Assembly (NCBI GenBank): GCA_002631715.1
Contig: MRSX01000010.1
Location: forward strand, 18,713-82,712
Direction of reading: 5' to 3'
DNA length: 64,000 bases
From: Candidatus Porisulfidus sp. TsSOB
GTDB taxonomy: Bacteria; Pseudomonadota; Gammaproteobacteria; Poriferisulfidales; Poriferisulfidaceae
The notes beneath the pieces were generated by a model, which worked only from the letters and a program-made list of their open reading frames with translations, did not search any database and had not been told where the DNA came from. Positions 57,502 through 64,000 of this stretch are shown piece after piece (position 1 is the stretch's first letter; every line of letters begins with the position of its first letter). The position numbers and the translations under genes were made by a program.

Positions 57502-58344
57502 TCAGTTGAACATCTCGTCCAAGACATCGAACAAGCCTTCTTCTTCGGCCGCGCTTTCGCCTTCGTCCGCAGGCTGGTCAGATTCGCCCTCTGATTCTCT
57601 CTCGGCCCCGCTTTCAAGCATCTCGCCCAAATCATCGAAGGCGCCATCTTCTTCGGCTCCGCTCCGATGCCCAGCCAATTGCTGGGCGCGCTCGGTCTCA
57701 AATCCCACCATGTCTTTCAGCGCGTTGCGCGCGAAATGAAAGTCCACGCCATCGCGCAGCGGGATCTTGGTCGTATTGCCTTTCTCCAGCCTCTTGCGCA
57801 AGACATTCCGCCAGTATTCGTCTGGAATGTCGGCGAAGGCACCCGGCATCTCCTGGCGCTTGATCTGTCCCGTAACCCGGACCATCTTCTGCCCGAACAG
57901 GAATCGCTTTTTATGTTCTTTCTCGTCGACTTTCAGTCCCGCCAGCTTGATCCGGTAGCGAATATTTGGGCAGGACTTAAGGCCAAAAGCGCGGTCCTTC
58001 TCGACTCCCTCGCTGACGCACTGCGGGCGAACGTAGTACAGGTAACCCCTTTCAAGCCGGATGTCCGTGGCTTCGATCGCGTTGCGTAGAGCCGCTTCGC
58101 GCTCCACTCGCATCCGGGCCTGATACTCCTGATCGGTCCGATCCACGTATTCGTCCGTGTACGCGCGGTATTTCTTTTTCCCTTCACTGGCTGGCTCCGA
58201 GCACAGCAAGGTGACCTGTTCGGTCGTGAAGCCCTTGTCCAGATAGAACTGAATGTCGTCCCGGGAGCATTCCGCCCATGCCAAGGGGGCGGAAAACATG
58301 AGCAGAAGAACTGCCGTACGGACGGTCACGGGGATTTTCGACAT
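57502..58344 (-). CDS. Hypothetical exported protein with acidic tail
   Basis: Signal peptide ending AWA-E; 280 aa; host-like codon usage. Confidence 0.7.
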   Translation of the reverse strand: MSKIPVTVRTAVLLLMFSAPLAWAECSRDDIQFYLDKGFTTEQVTLLCSEPASEGKKKYRAYTDEYVDRTDQEYQARMRVEREAALRNAIEATDIRLERGYLYYVRPQCVSEGVEKDRAFGLKSCPNIRYRIKLAGLKVDEKEHKKRFLFGQKMVRVTGQIKRQEMPGAFADIPDEYWRNVLRKRLEKGNTTKIPLRDGVDFHFARNALKDMVGFETERAQQLAGHRSGAEEDGAFDDLGEMLESGAERESEGESDQPADEGESAAEEEGLFDVLDEMFN

Positions 58345-58378
58345 GGAGTATTCACCGCAAAATCCCTATTTTACAGGC

Positions 58379-59632
58379 TCAGCTTTGCCGAAGAGTCTCG
58401 CCAGCATACAACTCGTCCGCCTCTCCCCGGTGGCGAACCAGATCATGCCGGTCTCCATCGACCATCACCTCGGCGACCGGTGGACGGGAATTGTAGGAAC
58501 TGCCCATAGAGGCCGCGTAGGCCCCGCAAGAGAACACTGCGAGCAACTCGCCCTCCTCCACCGCAAGGTTTCTTGAGCGACCCAAGTAGTCTGCCGTTTC
58601 GCACACTGGCCCCACGACATCGCAATTCAAGCGCTCACGCCCTTCAGCCTTGATGACTGGCATGATGGCATGCCAGGCCCCGTACAGGGCCGGGCGCATC
58701 AGTTCGGTCATGGCCGCATCCACCACGACAAAGTGCCCGCCGGTAGTGTGCTTGATGTACTCCACACGAGTCAGCAGGATTCCTGCGTTGCCCATCACGT
58801 ATCGCCCCGGTTCGATGATCAGGGACAAGGGCCGGTCTCCGATTGCCTCGCGCAGGCCCTCGGCATAGGGGTCGAGAGACGGCGACTTTTCGTCCTGGTA
58901 ACAAATCCCCAAGCCTCCGCCGACATCCACGTATTCCAGTTCGATCCCTTCTTCGCGCAATTGGTCCGCCAGACCCACCAACTGCCGCGCCGCCATGACG
59001 ATCGGCTCGGCATCAATCAATTGGGAGCCGATGTGGCAAGCCACGCCGCGAATTTCCAGTCCATCCAGACGGTTCGCCATGCGGTAAGTCTCCAACGCCT
59101 CTTCCCACGGAATGCCGAACTTGCTGCCGCGAAATCCAGTCGCGATATGCGGGTGCGTATCCACCTCAATCGCCGGGTTGACGCGCAGGGAAACCGGGGC
59201 CACCTTCCCCATTTCCCGGGCAATGCGGGAAATCCGTTCAAGTTCGCTCGGCGATTCCACGTGAAAGGCTCCGATGCCCGCGTCCAAGGCTTGCCGAATC
59301 TCTTCCGCAGTCTTGCCGACACCTGAAAAGACAGAAACAGACACATCGCCGCCTGCCGCCTTCACGCGTGCCAATTCGCCCCCGGAAACGAGGTCGAACG
59401 CGCAACCCAACTGCGCCAGATGCTGCAATACCGCGAGATTCCCGTTGGCCTTGACCGCATAGCAGATACGGCAGGACTGTCCAGAGAAGGCGGCGCGCAA
59501 TTCTTCGATGCGGCGCCGCATTACGGCAGCCGAATACACGAAGCATGGCGTGCCATGCTCCTCGGCGATTAATTCCAGCGGAACCGACTCGGCATGCAGC
59601 CGATCAGCCTGGTAAATGAAATCTTCCATCAA
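58379..59632 (-). CDS. lysA: Diaminopimelate decarboxylase
   Basis: YAVKAN, SKFG, HIGSQ, EPGR, GPVCETAD, MGSSYNSRP. Confidence 0.97.
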   Translation of the reverse strand: MMEDFIYQADRLHAESVPLELIAEEHGTPCFVYSAAVMRRRIEELRAAFSGQSCRICYAVKANGNLAVLQHLAQLGCAFDLVSGGELARVKAAGGDVSVSVFSGVGKTAEEIRQALDAGIGAFHVESPSELERISRIAREMGKVAPVSLRVNPAIEVDTHPHIATGFRGSKFGIPWEEALETYRMANRLDGLEIRGVACHIGSQLIDAEPIVMAARQLVGLADQLREEGIELEYVDVGGGLGICYQDEKSPSLDPYAEGLREAIGDRPLSLIIEPGRYVMGNAGILLTRVEYIKHTTGGHFVVVDAAMTELMRPALYGAWHAIMPVIKAEGRERLNCDVVGPVCETADYLGRSRNLAVEEGELLAVFSCGAYAASMGSSYNSRPPVAEVMVDGDRHDLVRHRGEADELYAGETLRQS

Positions 59633-59754
59633 CCGTCGGCCGCGGCCTCCGGCGGCGGCTCAAGCGGCCCCATCTGCCCGCACCCGGCCTGCGCCCCGAT
59701 TAATACGAAGCCCAAGAATAACCATCGCAGAACGCTCATGAATTTCTCTCCCAT
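59629..59754 (-). CDS. Small lipoprotein, LptM/YifL family
   Basis: Lipobox-like AQAGC followed by GQMGPL; conserved position upstream of lysA; start at 59754 or 59739. Confidence 0.7.
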   Translation of the reverse strand: MGEKFMSVLRWLFLGFVLIGAQAGCGQMGPLEPPPEAAADG

Positions 59755-59756
59755 CA

Positions 59757-60482
59757 ATGCGCCGCCTAATATACTATGTGCCAAGCCTAAATCCAGCCAA
59801 ACCTCCGTATATCGGCCACTTTCCGTTGAGCCCCTCCGACTCCCTGATTCAGGAACCCGCCGACGGCCCCGCGCGCGCTGCGCTGGTCTGGCTGCACGGC
59901 TTGGGCGCGACGGCCGAAGATTTTGCGGATCTGGGTCGTCAATTGCAGTGCCCAGGCCTGCGCGTGATTGCCCTGCAAGCTTGGCCACGGCCGGTTACGA
60001 TCTTCGGCGGGCAGGTCGCACCGTCCTGGTTCGACATTCTGCCGGAACCGGATGGACGCGTCACCAGCAACATCAACGAACTGGAAGAAAGCGCCCAGCG
60101 CGTCCGTGCCGAATTCGAGCGGCAGCGCAAATCCGGGATCACTCAACTCGCGGTCGGAGGTTTCTCCCAAGGCGGCGCACAGGCCCTGTTCACCACGCTG
60201 ACCCATCTCGAACCCTTGGCCGCTGCCGTCTGCCTGTCCGGCTACCTGCCGCAGGACGAATACCTGATGCAACAGATCAGTCGCCTGACATTGCAGACTC
60301 CCGTGTTCATGGCGCACGGCACCACGGACGAGGTCGTTCTCCACGAATACGCCGAGGTCTCTCGCGACTGGTTGCGCAAACACGGGGCCTCGGTCGATTG
60401 GTACAGCGAGGCGTTCGCCCACACGGTCATTCCGGAGGAAATCGCCGCATTGGGCAAGTTCCTGCGCAATAACTTGGACTGA
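59757..60482 (+). CDS. Carboxylesterase/phospholipase (alpha/beta hydrolase)
   Basis: WLHGLGA, SWFDI, GFSQGG, AHGTTDEVV, H in AHTV; start uncertain. Confidence 0.9.
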   Translation: MRRLIYYVPSLNPAKPPYIGHFPLSPSDSLIQEPADGPARAALVWLHGLGATAEDFADLGRQLQCPGLRVIALQAWPRPVTIFGGQVAPSWFDILPEPDGRVTSNINELEESAQRVRAEFERQRKSGITQLAVGGFSQGGAQALFTTLTHLEPLAAAVCLSGYLPQDEYLMQQISRLTLQTPVFMAHGTTDEVVLHEYAEVSRDWLRKHGASVDWYSEAFAHTVIPEEIAALGKFLRNNLD

Positions 60483-60503
60483 AATAGTCTGTTTTTCAGC
60501 TAG

Positions 60504-61919
60504 TTAGGGCTGTTCTGGCATTGCCAGCGGTCCCACCGAAAGTTCTTCCTGCGCCTGTGTCACTCGGGCACGTACCGCATCGGGAGCCGTGCCACCATGC
60601 AGCCCACGCGCCGCGACCGACCGTTCCGGCGTCAGCGACGAAAGCAGTTCAGCGTCGATGGCTGGACTGAATTGCTGGACTTCTTCGAGATTCAGCGCAT
60701 CCAACGTCAGGCCACATTCGACCGCATGGGCCACAACCTGCCCGGTGATGTGATGTGCATCCCGGAACGCGACTCCACGCGCCACCAGCGCATCCGCCAA
60801 ATCCGTTGCAGTTGAGTAACCTTCCGCCGCTGCCACCTTCAGCCTCTCCCGGTCGAACTCCATTGCCTGAACCACCGCCCGCATAATCGACAGGCAAGCC
60901 AACGCAGTATCCACGCTGTCAAACAGCGGTTCCTTGTCTTCCTGATTGTCCCGGTTGTACGCCATGGGCTGCGCCTTCATGAGCATCAGCAACGCCTGCA
61001 GGTGCCCGCAGACACGTGCACTCTTCCCGCGGATCAACTCAAGGGCATCCGGATTTTTCTTCTGCGGCATAAGCGAGGAACCTGTGCAGTATTCGTCCGG
61101 CAGATCAACCCACCCGAACGCCGGGCTGGCCCAAAGGACGATCTCCTCCGCCATCCGGGACAGGTGCACCATCAGAAGGCTGAGAACCGCGCAGGTCTCG
61201 ACCGCGAAATCCCGGTCGCTGACCGCATCCAGCGAGTTGTCGCACAGCGAATCGAAGCCCAGGAGTTCCGCCACGTACTGCCGGTCCACCGGATAACCTG
61301 ATCCAGCCAGAGCCGCCGCTCCCAGCGGCAGCGTATTGGTCCGGCGGAACGCCTCCGCCAACCTCTGCCGATCGCGCTTCAGCATCTCGTACCAGGCCAG
61401 AAGATGATGGCCAAGCGTGACCGGTTGCGCCGTCTGCAAGTGGGTGAAGCCTGCCATCAGGGTTTCCGTCTCCGCCTTTGCCCGCTCGACCAGAACCGAC
61501 TGCAGGGCATGCGCCTCGGCATCCAGCTGCGCCTGCGCGGCCCGGGCATACAGCCGCAGGTCGGTGGCCACCTGGTCGTTCCGGGAACGCCCGGTATGAA
61601 GCTTCTTGCCGACCTCGCCGACCTCGGCAACCAGCATCGCCTCGATATTCATGTGCACGTCTTCGAGGGCCGGATCCCATTCAGCCTCGCCCGCATCAAT
61701 GCGCGCACGCACTTGCGCTAGACCCTCGACGAGGGTCTTGCATTCCTCTTCGGTCAGAACGCCCGCCCGCTGCAACCCGCGGGCATGCGCCTGCGACCCC
61801 TGAATGTCATAGGGGTACAGGCAGCCGTCGAAATGGACGGACGCCGTAAACGCCTCCACCTCGCTGTCGGTCGCCCGAGCAAACCGTCCAGCCCAGGGTT
61901 TCGCTGTAGAATCAGGCAT
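60504..61919 (-). CDS. argH: Argininosuccinate lyase
   Basis: WAGRF, EDVHMNIE, HTGRSRNDQVATD, GSSLMPQKKNPD; ATG 61919. Confidence 0.97.
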   Translation of the reverse strand: MPDSTAKPWAGRFARATDSEVEAFTASVHFDGCLYPYDIQGSQAHARGLQRAGVLTEEECKTLVEGLAQVRARIDAGEAEWDPALEDVHMNIEAMLVAEVGEVGKKLHTGRSRNDQVATDLRLYARAAQAQLDAEAHALQSVLVERAKAETETLMAGFTHLQTAQPVTLGHHLLAWYEMLKRDRQRLAEAFRRTNTLPLGAAALAGSGYPVDRQYVAELLGFDSLCDNSLDAVSDRDFAVETCAVLSLLMVHLSRMAEEIVLWASPAFGWVDLPDEYCTGSSLMPQKKNPDALELIRGKSARVCGHLQALLMLMKAQPMAYNRDNQEDKEPLFDSVDTALACLSIMRAVVQAMEFDRERLKVAAAEGYSTATDLADALVARGVAFRDAHHITGQVVAHAVECGLTLDALNLEEVQQFSPAIDAELLSSLTPERSVAARGLHGGTAPDAVRARVTQAQEELSVGPLAMPEQP

Positions 61920-61988
61920 GTGGCCCTCACGAATTTTGCGGTATTTTATGCCAGTACGCGCTTTTCTCCACAATATTTGTTCGCTTGC

Positions 61989-62393
61989 ATGAAAAAAAAC
62001 GACTCGCCGACGTCCTTTGAGGACAAGGTTGCCGTGCTGATCGACGGCAATCTCGAGTTGTACTGGGACCGAACTATAGCCATGAATCCGGCTCAGCGCG
62101 AAGCAGTTTCCCGGCTGGAGGAAAAGCTGCAGGAAGGCTTCAAAGTGGACGGCGTGCGCTACGACCGCCCGGATTCGCTCAAGCGTGCGCAACTGGCCGC
62201 GAGCCTGATTCCTCAGGCGCTGCAACGCGGCGACGACTCGCTGGCCGCCACTGCACTCGCGCTGACCTGCACTTCCCTGCCCGACCTGAAACAGATCCAG
62301 TATCGCCAGAGGCAGGACGACAGCTGGGACATCGCATTTGTTAGCGACCGCTGCTACGCGCCCGAGGAACAGCCCATCCAATTCACTTCATGA
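61989..62393 (+). CDS. Conserved hypothetical protein
   Basis: MKKNDSP... 134 aa, ATGA-coupled to hemC. Confidence 0.7.
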   Translation: MKKNDSPTSFEDKVAVLIDGNLELYWDRTIAMNPAQREAVSRLEEKLQEGFKVDGVRYDRPDSLKRAQLAASLIPQALQRGDDSLAATALALTCTSLPDLKQIQYRQRQDDSWDIAFVSDRCYAPEEQPIQFTS

Positions 62394-63319
62394 GTCCACC
62401 TCTCTGCCGTATCGCTACTCGACGCAGCCCACTGGCTGTGCGGCAGGCTGAATTGATCGCCGACGCACTGAGCCGGGAAGCGGGCGTGCGCACGGAACTG
62501 CTGCGCGTGCAGACCGAGGGCGACCAGATGCTGGATCACCCCTTGGCTGCGATCGGCGGCAAAGGCCTGTTCGTCAAGGAACTGGAACATCGCCTGTTGT
62601 CCGGCGATGCCGACCTGGCCGTCCATTCAATGAAAGACGTGCCGGCAGACCTTCCATCTGGCCTCACGCTGGCCGCGATCTGCACTCGCGCCGACCCCCG
62701 GGACGGGGTTATCGCCCCTCACCACAAAACAATCGAGGCCCTCCCTGCGGGCAGCCGCGTGGGAACGTCGAGCCTGCGACGCAAGGCTCAATTGCAGGCA
62801 CAATTCCCCGATCTTCAGTTTTTAGACCTGCGCGGCAATGTCGGAACCCGCCTGAAACGAGTACAGGAAGGCGATTTTGACGCCATCGTGCTGGCCTGCG
62901 CGGGGCTGCAACGGCTCGGGCTGGACGAGCAGATCACGCAGGCCCTGGAGCCCGAGGTGTGCCTGCCCGCCATCGGCCAAGGTGCACTTGGGATCGAGAT
63001 TGCTGAAGATCACCCGCATGCGCAGGCTTGGGTGGGCGCGCTACACGACCCGGCCACTGCCGCCGCCGTGACTGCGGAGCGCATGGTCAGCCGTGCACTT
63101 TCCGGCAGTTGCCAAGTCCCCTTAGCCGCTCACGCGGTCTGCACCGGCGACCAGGAAGTCCAGCTTCAGGCCTGCCTTGCCCGCCCGGACGGCAGCCTGA
63201 TCCTGCGTGCAGCGGCCGAAGGAGAGTCCAGAATTGCCGGCGCAATGGCCGCAAAACAGCTACTGGAACAAGGCGGCGCGGACATCCTGGCTGAACTGGG
63301 TGTCGCGGGCTACGCATGA
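62390..63319 (+). CDS. hemC: Hydroxymethylbilane synthase
   Basis: ATRRSPLA, GGKGLFVKELE, VHSMKDVP, GTSSLRR, LRGNVGTRL. Confidence 0.97.
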   Translation: MSPPLCRIATRRSPLAVRQAELIADALSREAGVRTELLRVQTEGDQMLDHPLAAIGGKGLFVKELEHRLLSGDADLAVHSMKDVPADLPSGLTLAAICTRADPRDGVIAPHHKTIEALPAGSRVGTSSLRRKAQLQAQFPDLQFLDLRGNVGTRLKRVQEGDFDAIVLACAGLQRLGLDEQITQALEPEVCLPAIGQGALGIEIAEDHPHAQAWVGALHDPATAAAVTAERMVSRALSGSCQVPLAAHAVCTGDQEVQLQACLARPDGSLILRAAAEGESRIAGAMAAKQLLEQGGADILAELGVAGYA

Positions 63320-64000
63320 GCCGTACTCTTTCGGGCCGCCGAATTCTCCTGACCCGACCCGAGGGGCAGGTTGAGCCCCTGGCCACACGTCTGCACGAAC
63401 AAGGCGCGCGAGTCAACCACTTCCCCGCGATCCGGATCGCCTTGACCCCCCCGGATTCGAACGCTCAAGCCCTGGTCGAACAGGCGACATTCATCATTTT
63501 CGTCAGCACCAACGCTGTACGCGGTCTGATGGCAGGTTCCGATCAACTCGTGCAAGCCGTCCGAAACGCTTCCATGATTGCCGCTATCGGCCCGGCCACG
63601 GAAACGGCACTGGAGCAAGCCGGTCTAAAGCCCGGCATCGTAGCTCCTCCCCCGCACAACAGCGAAGCATTGCTTTCCATCCCCTTCTTGCAAGACCTGA
63701 AGCATCACCGTGTTTCTATTGTCCGGGGACAGAGCGGACGTGAAAAACTGGCCGAGGAACTACGCAGTCGTGGCGCAGAAGTGCACTATCTGGAAGTCTA
63801 CCGCCGCGATCCTCCGGACCGCACCCTGTCTTTCAGGGAAACATCGGGCGGACTTCCGGACGTCATCTGCGTCACCAGCGTCGAGATTGCCACGAATCTT
63901 CGGGAATGCATCGCGCCAGAAGAAAAGGATGATCTTTTGGGTTGCGCCCTGATCGCCGGTAACGCCCGGATCGCCACTGCCTGCCGAAATCTCGGCTACA
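63316..64000 (+). CDS. hemD: Uroporphyrinogen-III synthase (partial, runs off right edge)
   Basis: Hand translation: MSRTLSGRRILLTRPEGQ...FVSTNAV...AIGPAT...SEALL...GRE.L..EL..RGA...EVYRR. Confidence 0.9.
   Translation, partial: MSRTLSGRRILLTRPEGQVEPLATRLHEQGARVNHFPAIRIALTPPDSNAQALVEQATFIIFVSTNAVRGLMAGSDQLVQAVRNASMIAAIGPATETALEQAGLKPGIVAPPPHNSEALLSIPFLQDLKHHRVSIVRGQSGREKLAEELRSRGAEVHYLEVYRRDPPDRTLSFRETSGGLPDVICVTSVEIATNLRECIAPEEKDDLLGCALIAGNARIATACRNLGY

Overview
64 kb of a GC-rich, probably sulfur-oxidizing gammaproteobacterial chromosome. Gene content (aprBA, an srp-like proteusin cluster, a TPR protein) suggests a marine, possibly sponge-associated symbiont; this is inference. Bases 1-13010 form a visibly lower-GC RiPP island. 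It encodes a C39-peptidase ABC exporter (running off the left edge), a HlyD adaptor, an NHLP/proteusin precursor with the 4-residue core LCCC, an MMPL/RND transporter, a fused TOMM/YcaO cyclodehydratase coupled to an unannotated 383-aa protein (possibly prenyltransferase-like), an AlkB-type diiron hydroxylase/desaturase fused to a catalytically degenerate GlnE-like nucleotidyltransferase domain, and a SAM methyltransferase. This Trp-less variant of the sponge 'srp' architecture, with unusual tailoring enzymes and no halogenase in the window, is the best candidate for an undescribed system. The rest is mostly housekeeping: dinB, fabA, trhO, tatD, metA, proC, the pyr operon, gshB, ahcY, metK, tpx, zapA-6S RNA, ilvA, fpr, djlA, gshA, msrB, ampD, PPi-PFK, cmoAB, sseA, bolA, aprBA, lysA, argH and hemCD. 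Oddities include a porin gene lacking a start codon for its signal peptide and bracketed by a 12-bp direct repeat, a second AlkB with a QxxHH box next to a CarH-like regulator that lacks its B12 ligands, a histone H1-like protein after 6S RNA, and a 26-aa small membrane ORF. All product calls come from motif recognition by eye; no searches were run.
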